Assembly (NCBI GenBank): GCA_043736115.1
Contig: JAYTDC010000068.1
Span: forward strand, 409 to 64,408
Length of the DNA: 64,000 nt
Source of the DNA: Segetibacter sp.
GTDB taxonomy: Bacteria > Bacteroidota > Bacteroidia > Chitinophagales > Chitinophagaceae
Direction: 5' to 3'
Below, in pieces: positions 40,477-50,867 of the stretch. The translations under genes were made by a program, and so were the position numbers. Positions within the stretch are counted from its first letter, which is position 1. Each line of letters starts with the position of its first letter. Below the pieces are notes generated by a model, which worked only from the letters and a program-made list of their open reading frames with translations, was not told the origin of the DNA and made no database searches.

Positions 40477-43400
40477 CTAAAACCAACTCCTGATCCATGT
40501 TTCAGAAGCCTTGTCCTTTAATCTCCTGAAGCGACGATTTACTTCCATTCTATGACGCACCATGGTTATTATCATTAGTGGAATAAATAAGAAGGTAAGT
40601 GGTGGTATACCTAACATACTTACCCATGTACCTCCGTATTGACGTCGCATTGGGCGTTTCAATCGTTCTGCAATCAGGTACATACTTGGCACAATAACTA
40701 GAGTCATGAAGAATGCAAATGCAAGTCCAAAAATGATGGTCCATGACAAAGGTTTCCAAAACTTAGCGCTGTCTCCACCAAAAAAGATATGCGGGTTAAG
40801 TTCGGAGAACATACGTACAAAGTCTATATTAAATCCGATTGCAAGTGGTATCAATGCAAGAATAGCAGCCAATGCCGTTAGTAGTACAGGTATTATACGT
40901 GTTTTACCCGCTTGTACAACGGCTTCTCTTGTTTTAAGTCCTCTTGCTCTTAGCTCATCAGCAAATTCAATAACAAGTATACCGTTTTTTACAACAATAC
41001 CTGCAAGACCAACAATCCCTATACCGGTCATTACAACAGACACCTCCATACCTGTGATGGCAAAACCAAGTAATACACCAATTACACTAAATACAATCTC
41101 GGTAAGAATGATTACAGGCTTACTAATACTATTGAACTGAAGTACAAGTATTACAAGTATAAGCATAAGTGCAATAACTAATGCTTTACCCAGAAATGCG
41201 CCTGTCTCTGCCTGCTGTTTGCCTTCACCCGTTTGAGATATAGCCACATCTACATTCGTATTTTTAAATCCACCAATTGCATCTTTGATATTGGCATTTA
41301 CATCATTTGGAGTAAATCCGGTGAGTACATTTGAATAAAGCGTTATTACTCTTTTTACATTCTTCCTTTTTATACTTCCATATGTACTTGTATAATCAAC
41401 TTTAACCAACGAACTAATTGGTATTTGCTTTATACCTTGTGTAAAATCACGGAAGGTTATACGCATATTGAGTAAGTCTGAAAGACTTTTTCTTTGCAAT
41501 TCACTGCTACGCAATTGAATTTTATATTCATCTTCACCTTCCTTTATCTTACTTACCTCTCGTCCAAATAATGCAGTACGTATGGCCAAACCTATTTGTG
41601 CCGTTGACAATCCTTCTATCATAGCCCTTTCCCTATCTACGCTTAATGTTATTTCAGGATTAGTTAAATCTACATCAAACTTTAATTCTTCTACTCCTGA
41701 TATCTGCTTTGCATCTAAATAATTCTTTAGTTCAACTGCAGTTTTAGTGAGATGATCAAAATTGTCGCTTGTTACTTCAATATTAATTGGTGATTCTGTA
41801 GGTGGGCCACTTGCCTCTTGTGCTACGCTTATAGCTGCACCCGGTATGCCTTTCATTACAGAACGAATGGAATCAAGATAGGGTTCAGAAGATTGCCCAT
41901 GACGTTTTTCATACTCTACAAATTGTACCTGTATGCGACCAAGATTGGGTCTTGTACTTCTATCCCCACTATTAGGGTCTGCAGCACCAATTGCAACGTT
42001 GCTAATAACACTTTCAACTATTGGGTTTGCTTTACCATTCGCCATTCCCAATACTTTATATACCCTTGCCTCAAGCTGTCTGGTTACAGAATCTGTATAA
42101 TCAACACCTGTTCCTACCGGCATTTTTAAATATACATAAATCTGGTTAGGGTCACCCTTAGGAAAAAATACAACAGGAACTTTTCTAACAGCAAAAAATA
42201 CAATTGAAAACAAGAACAAACCAAATGTGCCCAATAGTAACCAAACGGGTCTCCATCCTTTCAATGCCCAACGAAGCAAAGACTCATAATGCCCCATTAT
42301 CCAGGGCAAAACCTTATTCTGAAAACTATGTATGGCACCGCTAATAAAGTAAGTATTGAGAACTATGAGCAACGCAAAAAGTATAAGAATATTTCCCCCA
42401 AAATAAAATCCTGCTAAATCAAGAAGTACACCTGCAATTGCTGTTATAAGAAATGCTGCACTTGTAAACACCGAACTTTTTTTCTTGAGATGCCCTTCCT
42501 CATGATTCATAAAATCTACTGCAAAAACCGGGTTCATGATAAAAGCAACCACAAGCGATGCAGCCAATGTAAAGATGAGCATAGTAGGCAAATAAATCAT
42601 AAACTTACCTATAATTCCCGGCCAAAACAGTAAAGGAAAAAATGGTGCTAATGTAGTAAGTGTACCTGCAAGTACAGGTATAAAGACTTCGCCTGCTGCG
42701 GCTCTTGCTGCAATCTTGCTACTGAGTTTTCCCCTTCCTTCTACAAAAATTCTATGGGTATTTTCAATAACCACAATTGCATCATCAACTATAATACCCA
42801 GACCAAAAAGCAACGCAAACAGCACCATAAAGTTGAGTGTAACATTGCTTCCTGTAATCCATTCTGCAGCCGGCAAAAACATAAAGGCAACAAACATACT
42901 TAGCGGCACCGACAAGGCAACAAAAAAGGCATTGGTAATACCCATAAAAAACATAAGAATGAGTAACACTAAGATGAAACCAATGACTATACTATTCACC
43001 AAATCATTAAACGAAGTTCGTGTTGCCTTGCTGCTATCTCCAGTAATTACAACTTTTAAGTTTGGGGGAAGTACAGTCGCTTTCATTTCATCTACAAGCT
43101 TCTTCACTCCATCAGAAGTCTCAATCAGGTTTTCACCACTTCGTTTTATAACATTAAGAGTGATAACATTTTTACCATTTAACCTTGCATAACTTTCAGT
43201 TTCCTTTACCGTGTCTTTTATTACAGCAATATCTTTAAGGTAAATAGGCTGACTGCTTGTGTTACGAACTATAATCTGTTGTATATCACTTACACTTTTA
43301 AACTGCCCTTTTACCTGCAGTGTACGTTTCATGTTACCAACTTCTAATAAACCCCCACTTATATCAGCATTTTCGCGGCTTACAGCATTTGCAATATCAT

Positions 43401-44043
43401 CAAACGAAATATTGCTTGCCTGCATTTTCAGATTATCAACATTAATCTGAAATTCTCTTTCAGGCGCACCAACAATATCTACCCTTGTAATTTGTGACAA
43501 CTCCTCCAATTTATCCTGCATGTCGTCAGCCATCTTCTTCAACTTCACCCGGTCATAATCACCACTTATGTTTACAAACATAATAGGCTGTTCAGAAAAA
43601 CTAACCTCAACTACATTGGGCTGTTGAGTAAGGTCCGTTGGCAAATCCTTTTTAGCTTTATCCACTGCATCCTTTACTTTTTGTAATGCAACATCCACTT
43701 TTATGTCTGTATTAAACTCAACCATAATAGCGGAATAATCCTGCACAGAAGTACTGGTAAGTTTATTAATCTTAGCACCTGTAATGCCTTTCAATTGCTT
43801 CTCAATAGGTTGTGTTACCAGGTTTTCAATATCTTTTGGAGAGTTACCTACATAGATTGTTTGTATATATATAGTTGGTATAACAATATCAGGAAACTGC
43901 TCCTTTGGTAATGTTACAAATTGTGTAACACCTATGACTGATACAAAAATGATCAGCAGATAAATTGACGTTTTGTTTTTTATTGACCATGTTGTTGGTC
44001 CAAACTCTTTAAACTTTTCTTTGAAATTTTCTAATACAGACAT
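40477..44043 (-). CDS. RND efflux transporter permease (AcrB-like)
   Basis: LPKEQFPDI, GIIVDDAIVVIEN, GIVVKNGIL, RIIPVLLT, WKPLSWTIIFGL. Confidence 0.95.
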   Translation of the reverse strand: MSVLENFKEKFKEFGPTTWSIKNKTSIYLLIIFVSVIGVTQFVTLPKEQFPDIVIPTIYIQTIYVGNSPKDIENLVTQPIEKQLKGITGAKINKLTSTSVQDYSAIMVEFNTDIKVDVALQKVKDAVDKAKKDLPTDLTQQPNVVEVSFSEQPIMFVNISGDYDRVKLKKMADDMQDKLEELSQITRVDIVGAPEREFQINVDNLKMQASNISFDDIANAVSRENADISGGLLEVGNMKRTLQVKGQFKSVSDIQQIIVRNTSSQPIYLKDIAVIKDTVKETESYARLNGKNVITLNVIKRSGENLIETSDGVKKLVDEMKATVLPPNLKVVITGDSSKATRTSFNDLVNSIVIGFILVLLILMFFMGITNAFFVALSVPLSMFVAFMFLPAAEWITGSNVTLNFMVLFALLFGLGIIVDDAIVVIENTHRIFVEGRGKLSSKIAARAAAGEVFIPVLAGTLTTLAPFFPLLFWPGIIGKFMIYLPTMLIFTLAASLVVAFIMNPVFAVDFMNHEEGHLKKKSSVFTSAAFLITAIAGVLLDLAGFYFGGNILILFALLIVLNTYFISGAIHSFQNKVLPWIMGHYESLLRWALKGWRPVWLLLGTFGLFLFSIVFFAVRKVPVVFFPKGDPNQIYVYLKMPVGTGVDYTDSVTRQLEARVYKVLGMANGKANPIVESVISNVAIGAADPNSGDRSTRPNLGRIQVQFVEYEKRHGQSSEPYLDSIRSVMKGIPGAAISVAQEASGPPTESPINIEVTSDNFDHLTKTAVELKNYLDAKQISGVEELKFDVDLTNPEITLSVDRERAMIEGLSTAQIGLAIRTALFGREVSKIKEGEDEYKIQLRSSELQRKSLSDLLNMRITFRDFTQGIKQIPISSLVKVDYTSTYGSIKRKNVKRVITLYSNVLTGFTPNDVNANIKDAIGGFKNTNVDVAISQTGEGKQQAETGAFLGKALVIALMLILVILVLQFNSISKPVIILTEIVFSVIGVLLGFAITGMEVSVVMTGIGIVGLAGIVVKNGILVIEFADELRARGLKTREAVVQAGKTRIIPVLLTALAAILALIPLAIGFNIDFVRMFSELNPHIFFGGDSAKFWKPLSWTIIFGLAFAFFMTLVIVPSMYLIAERLKRPMRRQYGGTWVSMLGIPPLTFLFIPLMIITMVRHRMEVNRRFRRLKDKASETWIRSWF

Positions 44044-44120
44044 AATGTTTTGTTTGCTTAGCCGGGAGTTTTTATGTTACCGGCATTTGAATATTTATGA
44101 AACTGCAATTGCGAAAGTCT

Positions 44121-44310
44121 ATCCCGACTATTCGGGAATCCGTTCATCATATGTTTACTATTGGACTTTTCTTACGCTTTGTTAATTAAACCACAAAGGC
44201 TCAAAGACACAAAGACACACAAAGCAAAAAAAATCAACCCAAGCAAGAAATCCTCTAAAAAATCTATAATGTTGCTACACCTTACTTCCCCCTTTGGGGG
44301 ACCGAGGAGG
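44121..44310. repeat. Cluster of small palindromes and low-complexity repeats inside the efflux operon
   Basis: tcccgactattcggga (44122-44137); ACACAAAG-type repeats (44189-44224); tccccctttggggga (44287-44301). Confidence 0.6.
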
Positions 44311-45507
44311 CTACGCTTTTGTAACAATCGTTTGCCCATCATACAATCCCTGAAAACCGTTTATGATAATAACATCGCCACTTTGCAATCCGCTTTTTAT
44401 CTCCAGTTTATCGGCATATAACTCTCCTACAGTAACCGTTCTTTTTCTTGCAATTCTTTTTCCACCCTCATTTGAAGCAACCAAAATAAATTTACCTGCC
44501 TCATCTGTTTGAATAATGTTTACAGGTATTGTAATAGCATTGGGAACACTATAATCCTGTATACGAACCATGGCAATAAGGTTAGGCTTCAGGGCCTTGT
44601 CGTAAGGCACTTTAGCTTCAGCTATAAATCCCCGGGAGGCTGCATTAATATCCTGACCAATTAAGGATACCATAGAGTTATAACTCTTTCCAATATCAGG
44701 TACAGATATAATAACAGGCGTTCCTTTTGTTACCTTAGACAAATAATTTTCAGGAACATTGGTTACTACTTTAAGGTTTGTATTGTTAACAATTTTTATA
44801 CCCATAGCAGGTGCACCCGTAAACATCTCACCCACATGTATATTTACAACATCAGCTACTCCGCTTACATTGCTTACTACATTGGTCATACTAAGTTGCT
44901 CTTCTACCGTTTTTACATTTTCCCTTTGAGTCTTCAATTGATTTTCCAAAACCTCAACATTTGTCTTAGCTTGTAATACCTGTACTTCAGTTCCTATTTG
45001 TTGGTCCCAAAGATTTTTTGTCCTTTGATACAAACTCTTAGCAAGTTCCAATTGATTTTTTACAGAGGCCATTCCTTGCTTTGCAGCTGCAATATTTTGC
45101 CTTAATACTGCATCATCCAACTTTAAAAGCAATTGGCCTGCCCTTACTTCCTGCCCTTGCTTTACATAAACAGCACGTACCTGCCCGCCACCTCCACGTG
45201 GGCTTACATACGATATATTTTCAGCATCTACCCGGCCTTGTAAATCTATGTAGTGCGTAAAGCTTTGAAGTTCTACCGTATCAATATCTACAAGCTTTGT
45301 TATTTCGGGCTTGGCATTTGCCGTATCTAATTTTTCGATTTCAGCCTCCAGCTTTTTTATATTTTCTACTATTGAAATCTGTTCTTTTTTATATGTAGCC
45401 AGTTGATCTTTCTTTTTTGTCAACTCTAAACTATCTCCCTTTGTGCCACAGGCAGTAAAGACAAAAAGCATTGTGGTTATAAAAAGTGTTTTGATTAAAG
45501 AATGCAT
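44311..45507 (-). CDS. RND efflux periplasmic adaptor (MFP) lipoprotein
   Basis: Lipobox FTAC; V.VKQGQ.V..GQLL..LD; coiled coil; G....I.SGL..GD.II..G. Confidence 0.93.
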   Translation of the reverse strand: MHSLIKTLFITTMLFVFTACGTKGDSLELTKKKDQLATYKKEQISIVENIKKLEAEIEKLDTANAKPEITKLVDIDTVELQSFTHYIDLQGRVDAENISYVSPRGGGGQVRAVYVKQGQEVRAGQLLLKLDDAVLRQNIAAAKQGMASVKNQLELAKSLYQRTKNLWDQQIGTEVQVLQAKTNVEVLENQLKTQRENVKTVEEQLSMTNVVSNVSGVADVVNIHVGEMFTGAPAMGIKIVNNTNLKVVTNVPENYLSKVTKGTPVIISVPDIGKSYNSMVSLIGQDINAASRGFIAEAKVPYDKALKPNLIAMVRIQDYSVPNAITIPVNIIQTDEAGKFILVASNEGGKRIARKRTVTVGELYADKLEIKSGLQSGDVIIINGFQGLYDGQTIVTKA

Positions 45508-45544
45508 AAAACGAATTGATTTTATATTGAAAAAAGTTTATGAT

Positions 45545-46933
45545 TTATGGTAATTTACCCAATGCCGATAAGAATGAAATTTTTGCTATAATGGCATTAT
45601 AAAGACTGGTAAAATAATTACTTTGTGCAGTCTGCCAATCAGAGTCTGATTGCAATACTTCAAAGCTGGAACCAACGCCTGATTCAAATTTTTTCTTTGT
45701 TGTATTGTATACACTCTCTGCCAGTTGCAGGTTTCTGTCTTGTGCATCAAGATTTAAAATTGCGCTTTTTAGGCTTTCTCTTGATACGGTTTGCTGAAGG
45801 TCTATTACTTGTTTTATATAATCGGTACTGTTATCTACCTTCTCCAGTTTAAGCTTAGCCTGTTCTAATTTATATTTTCGCTGAAAGCCACTAAATATAG
45901 GCAACGAGAGGTTCATGCCTACCAATGAGTTTTTAAGCCAAATAGTGTTGTTATCAGTTATAAATTTTTGCCCCTGTCCCTGTACTACATAACTGATTGA
46001 TGTTGAAATAGTGGGTAATGCTCCCAACTTATTTCGTTTAACATCTAATCGCTGTAGCTCCCGGCTATAGGCCAATACTTGTATTTCCTTTCTGTCTTCA
46101 TATTTAAAATCACCTTCAAGAATGCGGCTTTTTACTTCAGCAGTTGATAGTCCTTCACGTATTATTACAGTATCTTTTTGAGAAATGCCAATGGCAAACT
46201 TTAACCCTGCATAAGCCAATGCTATGCTGTTGTTCAGAATAGTATATGATGTTTGTAGATTGGTAAGCTGTACCTGTACTTTGTCCAAATCAAGCTTTTC
46301 GGCAAATCCATTTACAAACATTATAGAGTCATCATGATACAGTTTTTGCAAACGGGTTATTCCTGTTTTAAGAAACTGCGCCTGCTTTTCTGCTATTAAT
46401 ATTGCATAGTATCGCCGGTAGGCAGAGTCTTTTACTCTTTCTTTTATTAGTTCGAGATTAGCTTTTGATACATTTAAAGCAGTCTTTCTTGCCTGTAGGC
46501 CAACAAATACATCAGGTTGAAAAAGCAATTGAGATAAGGTGGCACCTGCACTGGTATTCCACGGTTGAAAGAAACTGACTTCCTGCAATGTTGGGGTTGG
46601 CACCTTTACGTTGGCAGGTAAAAGGTTTTCTTTTATCAGTACATCATAAATACCCTGCTGCGATTGAGGAAATAAAATTTTTGGCAACAATAAATAGTGG
46701 CTTAATGATGCACTACCTGTTAATTGCGGTAATGCCTGACCGGTTATCTCCCGGTTTTGAGCTTGTTGTATTTCTACATCTATGGCAGCATTTTTTACAT
46801 CAGAAAGATTTGTAAGCGCCATTTCTACAGCATCTTTCACCTTTAACTGATATTTTTTTTGAGCAAACGATATTGTCCCTATTAAAACTATCAAAGCAGT
46901 TAATATGGACTTTCCTGCAATTCTATTCGGCAT
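45545..46933 (-). CDS. TolC family outer-membrane channel
   Basis: LP.L.GS, LP.IS, LPIFSGF, KKFESGV.S.FEVL pattern; position in the RND operon. Confidence 0.92.
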   Translation of the reverse strand: MPNRIAGKSILTALIVLIGTISFAQKKYQLKVKDAVEMALTNLSDVKNAAIDVEIQQAQNREITGQALPQLTGSASLSHYLLLPKILFPQSQQGIYDVLIKENLLPANVKVPTPTLQEVSFFQPWNTSAGATLSQLLFQPDVFVGLQARKTALNVSKANLELIKERVKDSAYRRYYAILIAEKQAQFLKTGITRLQKLYHDDSIMFVNGFAEKLDLDKVQVQLTNLQTSYTILNNSIALAYAGLKFAIGISQKDTVIIREGLSTAEVKSRILEGDFKYEDRKEIQVLAYSRELQRLDVKRNKLGALPTISTSISYVVQGQGQKFITDNNTIWLKNSLVGMNLSLPIFSGFQRKYKLEQAKLKLEKVDNSTDYIKQVIDLQQTVSRESLKSAILNLDAQDRNLQLAESVYNTTKKKFESGVGSSFEVLQSDSDWQTAQSNYFTSLYNAIIAKISFLSALGKLP

Positions 46934-46942
46934 ACCTGCTTA

Positions 46943-47557
46943 TTATTTATTGTTTCTTAGTTGTTTATATTTCTGAATGAGTTTAACACCCTTACCTGTA
47001 GCAACCCCATGAAGAAAATGGTCAATAATTTCTATTTCTACATCATAGATTTTATACTTTCCATAGGGAAAAAGTTGCTGGTTAAATGGAATAAACATGG
47101 TTTCTATTCTTAGCTTTGTAAGCACATCAGAATTAATGTCTTCCCTATATAAACCTTCTATTATTCCTTTTTCTAAGTTTTCTTTTATTTTTTCTGCAAT
47201 GAAATCATGCTTATGCCTATAAATTTTTTCAAAAACAGAGGGATAATACTTCTCTAAATCTTCAAATAGACCCGGGTTCATATCCTCAGTCATCTTTTGT
47301 ACCATTTCTACATTCAGAAAAACCTCATGAACAGCATTTTCTGCCGTAATAACATTAGTTAAACACTGAGTAGTACTATTTTTAAGATGCTGTTCAACAA
47401 TTGCATTTACGATTTCGTCTTTGTTTTCAAAAGACTGGTAAATAGTCTTTTTACTCATTCCCGTTTTAAGTGCAATCTCATCCATTGTTACTCTTTTAAA
47501 ACCAAAACGGTTAAAAAGTTCATTGGCTCTTAACAGTATTCTTTCTCTTGCCTCCAT
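46943..47557 (-). CDS. TetR/AcrR family regulator
   Basis: LF...GF..VTMDEIA...GMSKKTIY..F..K HTH; ATG at 47557 preferred. Confidence 0.93.
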   Translation of the reverse strand: MEARERILLRANELFNRFGFKRVTMDEIALKTGMSKKTIYQSFENKDEIVNAIVEQHLKNSTTQCLTNVITAENAVHEVFLNVEMVQKMTEDMNPGLFEDLEKYYPSVFEKIYRHKHDFIAEKIKENLEKGIIEGLYREDINSDVLTKLRIETMFIPFNQQLFPYGKYKIYDVEIEIIDHFLHGVATGKGVKLIQKYKQLRNNK

Positions 47558-47566
47558 AATTGATTG

Positions 47567-47611
47567 CAAAACTATGGAAACATTTTTTATAAAAATCGTT
47601 TCCGCAGTTTT
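47567..47611 (-). promoter_or_regulatory. -7 box plus inverted-repeat operator candidate for the TetR-RND operon
   Basis: TAGTTTTG on the minus strand (47574-47567) overlaps the imperfect palindrome AAAACT..GGAAAC.....GTTTCC..AGTTTT. Confidence 0.6.
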
Positions 47612-47876
47612 ATTTTTTTGTTAAGTCACTTTGCTGAAAATGTTAATCTTGAATAAAAAAATAATTGGTTGACCGAATGAAAGCCTGCAAAATTAACTAT
47701 CAAATATTACCAGGCTTGAGCTTATACTCAACCTTGAATTAACTTCATATGCAACGCACAAACCAAAAAAAAGTACCAAATTTTATCATTTCGTTTTTAA
47801 ACCTTATGCCCTACAAACTATCATAAATAGGATAATGAATACATTGACTTACTTTTAGCTGAAACCGTATACATGT

Positions 47877-48422
47877 ATGAATGGTGACGATAAAGAGTTG
47901 CTACATCTGTTTAAACAGCCAGAAAACAAGGAACGTGCTTTTACAGCTATTATAAAAAAATATCAGGAAAAGCTGTATTGGCACATAAGGCGTATGGTTG
48001 TAGAACATGAGGATGCAAATGATATTTTGCAAAATATGTTCATTAAAGTATGGAATTCACTCGAAAAATTCAGGGAAGACAGTCAATTGTACACATGGCT
48101 ATATAGAATAGCTACCAATGAATCTCTAACCTTTTTGGAACAACTGAAAAGACGGAGCGCTGTAAGTTTAAGCGATGTTGAGGATGGGCTTAGCAACAAG
48201 ATAAAGGCTGATGATAATTTTGATGGAAATAAGTTGGAGTGGAAACTGCAATTAGCTATGCAAAAGCTACCAGAAAAACAACGATTAGTTTTTAATCTGC
48301 GTTATTACGACGAGATGCCCTATGAAGAAATGAGCCGTATATTAGAAACCAGCGAAGGTGCATTGAAAGCAAGTTACCACCATGCTGCAAAAAAAATAGA
48401 AGACTACTTACTTAACCAATAA
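47877..48422 (+). CDS. ECF sigma-70 factor (RpoE/SigW-like)
   Basis: YQEKLYWHIRRMV, DA.DILQ..FIKVW, LYTWLYRIA.NE, LP.KQRLVF.LRY. Confidence 0.93.
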   Translation: MNGDDKELLHLFKQPENKERAFTAIIKKYQEKLYWHIRRMVVEHEDANDILQNMFIKVWNSLEKFREDSQLYTWLYRIATNESLTFLEQLKRRSAVSLSDVEDGLSNKIKADDNFDGNKLEWKLQLAMQKLPEKQRLVFNLRYYDEMPYEEMSRILETSEGALKASYHHAAKKIEDYLLNQ

Positions 48423-48479
48423 AATATTTAAAAAATACTTTAAACTTTTACCCCTTTCAGAGTGTCCAAAAATTGGTTT

Positions 48480-49196
48480 ATGAATCGTAATGAAAACATA
48501 TCAGACGAGCTTGAGACAATAGCACCTTACATCTCTAGAGTTGAAAAAGGAGTTATTTACACAATACCCATTAATTATTTTGATGATTTTGCGGAGTCTG
48601 TTCTAACTAAAATTAAAGCAGGTCAGGAACCAACCTACCATTTTTCTAAGGAAATGCCGTTTACGCTACCGGCAAATTACTTTGATTGCTTACCAAAGAT
48701 TATTCTACAAAAAATAAAATCAGCAACTTCTGAAAACAATACGTTTGATGAATTAGAAGCAATTTCACCTTTACTCAATACCATCAGCAAAAAAAATCCT
48801 TACGCTTTGCCAGATGGATATTTTGAAAACTTAGAACTTTCAAAAAATCAGGCTCCTATTGTTGAAGGTGGACGTATTATTAAAGCCAGGGTTTTCACTA
48901 TGTACAGGTTGGCAGTTGCTGCAATAATAACCGCTATACTTAGTGTGGGTATTTTTTTAATGCTTGATAAAAAAATAAAACCTTTGCAGGCCAACACCAA
49001 TAAAACAGAAATTAAAAATCTTACAGAGGATGATATTTCAGAATTCCTTTCAACCAACGCAAATACCGATGAAGCAAGCACTTCTATCCTATCAGCAGCT
49101 ATCGTTTCACCTGACATTCACAATGCTGTAAAGGAAATTTCTGATGAAGAAATTAAACAATTTTTACAAGAAAGTGATTTGCCCGAAGGCATCTAA
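48480..49196 (+). CDS. Putative anti-sigma factor (single TM)
   Basis: Follows the ECF sigma; repeated P..YF..(F/L) motifs, then a TM helix LAVAAIITAILSVGIFL. Confidence 0.6.
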   Translation: MNRNENISDELETIAPYISRVEKGVIYTIPINYFDDFAESVLTKIKAGQEPTYHFSKEMPFTLPANYFDCLPKIILQKIKSATSENNTFDELEAISPLLNTISKKNPYALPDGYFENLELSKNQAPIVEGGRIIKARVFTMYRLAVAAIITAILSVGIFLMLDKKIKPLQANTNKTEIKNLTEDDISEFLSTNANTDEASTSILSAAIVSPDIHNAVKEISDEEIKQFLQESDLPEGI

Positions 49197-49211
49197 AAGA
49201 GCAATTTAAAC

Positions 49212-49622
49212 ATGAATAAAATAATAATTTTAATCTTTGGGTTTATAAACTTTGGTTACTTTTGTTTAGCACAACCACCGCAGGAAGGCAGAATGAAAAG
49301 AGCTGAAATGGTGATGGGTAATTTTCTGCAAAGAGAACTAAACCTGACTCCAGAAGAAGCCGAAAACCTAAAGCCTGTCTATAGAAACTATTTTATGGAC
49401 ATTAGAAATGCTAGAAAGGAAGACAACAGTGACCCTTTAGCTACAGAAGAGAAAATACTTAATATCAGAAAGAAGTATAAAACTGATTTCAAAAAAATAT
49501 TAGGCACAGATGAACGAGTAAACAAGCTGTTGTTAGCTGAGAAAAAATTTAAAGACATTTTGCGGAAGGAACTTATTGAGCGGAAGCTCAACAGGACCGG
49601 GAGACCCCCCGGAATCCAGTAA
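49212..49622 (+). CDS. Secreted helical protein (Spy/CpxP-like; putative ECF sensor)
   Basis: Signal peptide; LNLTPEEAE...P.Y..Y motif; third gene of the ECF operon. Confidence 0.6.
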   Translation: MNKIIILIFGFINFGYFCLAQPPQEGRMKRAEMVMGNFLQRELNLTPEEAENLKPVYRNYFMDIRNARKEDNSDPLATEEKILNIRKKYKTDFKKILGTDERVNKLLLAEKKFKDILRKELIERKLNRTGRPPGIQ

Positions 49623-49669
49623 ATTGTTCACCTTATTGTTGAAATAGGTGTTTTTCATAGGTTAGCAAC

Positions 49670-49700
49670 GGCCAGCTCTTTTTAGAGCCGGCCTTTTTTA
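49670..49700 (+). terminator. Intrinsic terminator
   Basis: ggccagctct-loop-agagccggcc followed by T6. Confidence 0.75.
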
Positions 49701-49748
49701 TTGAAAAAAGATTACTTGATTAGGATAACGTTATTCCTCAGATCAATC

Positions 49749-50552
49749 CTAATTCAACTGCGGATCAAAACCAATAGCAGCAAAGGGATCTTCAGTTTCT
49801 TCGCGGTTATCATTCCATTCTATAATAAAGTTATTCTTACCCTCGCCTATCATAATAGTCATGTAGTGCAACTGAATTAACTCTAACATAGAAAGGAATA
49901 AAAAAAGTGCATGTATTTTATCTTCACAATTTTCAAAAACCTTTTCAAAAGATACCGACTTGTGTTTACGTGCTACCCTAAGCACAGACTCACGGGTTTC
50001 TTCCATAGTAAAATTATACCTTACTACAGTATGCACAGGCGCATTTTGACGATCGTGAACTTTTTGCATTACTTTTTCAAAAGCCTTCATCAGCTTGAAA
50101 AGCGTGATGTTCTGTATCTCGGTGCCTTCGCCTGATTGCTCTCCTATGTAGGCTAGTTCACGTTGCACATTTCCACGTTTTATCATCTGCATACGAATGA
50201 TTTCCATTTCGGCCATTTCTACAGAAGCTTCTTTAAAACGCTTGTATTCCAGTATTTTATCTATCAATTCCTGACGGGGATCTACCTCATTACCCAGTGA
50301 ATCTATTTCTTTGCGGGGTAACAGAAGCTTGGCTTTAATGCGCATAAGGGTTGAGATGAACAAAATAAATTCGCTGCTCAACTCTATGTTTAGCGATTCC
50401 TGTGTATGTAAATAATCTAAAAACTCCCTGGTAATTCGATTGATAGGAATATTATAAATGTCTAATTCATCCCGCTCTATGAAAAATAATAGCAGGTCAA
50501 AAGGCCCCTCAAACTGTGGAAGTTTAATCTGATATGTTTCTACACTTGTCAT
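49749..50552 (-). CDS. scpA: Segregation and condensation protein A
   Basis: FEGPFDLLL..I...ELDI..I.I..IT..FL, L.RIKA.LLLP, FL.MLEL. Confidence 0.95.
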   Translation of the reverse strand: MTSVETYQIKLPQFEGPFDLLLFFIERDELDIYNIPINRITREFLDYLHTQESLNIELSSEFILFISTLMRIKAKLLLPRKEIDSLGNEVDPRQELIDKILEYKRFKEASVEMAEMEIIRMQMIKRGNVQRELAYIGEQSGEGTEIQNITLFKLMKAFEKVMQKVHDRQNAPVHTVVRYNFTMEETRESVLRVARKHKSVSFEKVFENCEDKIHALFLFLSMLELIQLHYMTIMIGEGKNNFIIEWNDNREETEDPFAAIGFDPQLN

Positions 50553-50867
50553 TTCACCTGTTGATTTGTTGATGCGGCTAATATCTTGCCCGTTTTTACA
50601 AATGTATTGTTAAGTGTGTGGCTACGCTAAAAGGGAAATGAACAGTTAATGCACATGTGGATTAAGTATGGATAAGTAAAGTTGGATTTATTTTGTTTCA
50701 CACAACGAAACTACAAATACAAAGTAACAACGGATTAGACTGATATTTTTATTGAATTTGAAAATAGGATTACAACATATAAAGAAATGAAAAAGGGGGA
50801 AAAGATGCCATTTTTTTTAAATGATGAAAGGATTGTGACCCGCAAATGCGAATTGCAGTCAACTTAA

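Noticed and set aside
50656-50675. Two DnaA-box-like 9-mers (TGTGGATTA, TATGGATAA) upstream of scpA; possible oriC
   Set aside because: Each has a mismatch, there are only two, and no dnaA/gidA context or unwinding-element repeats are present.
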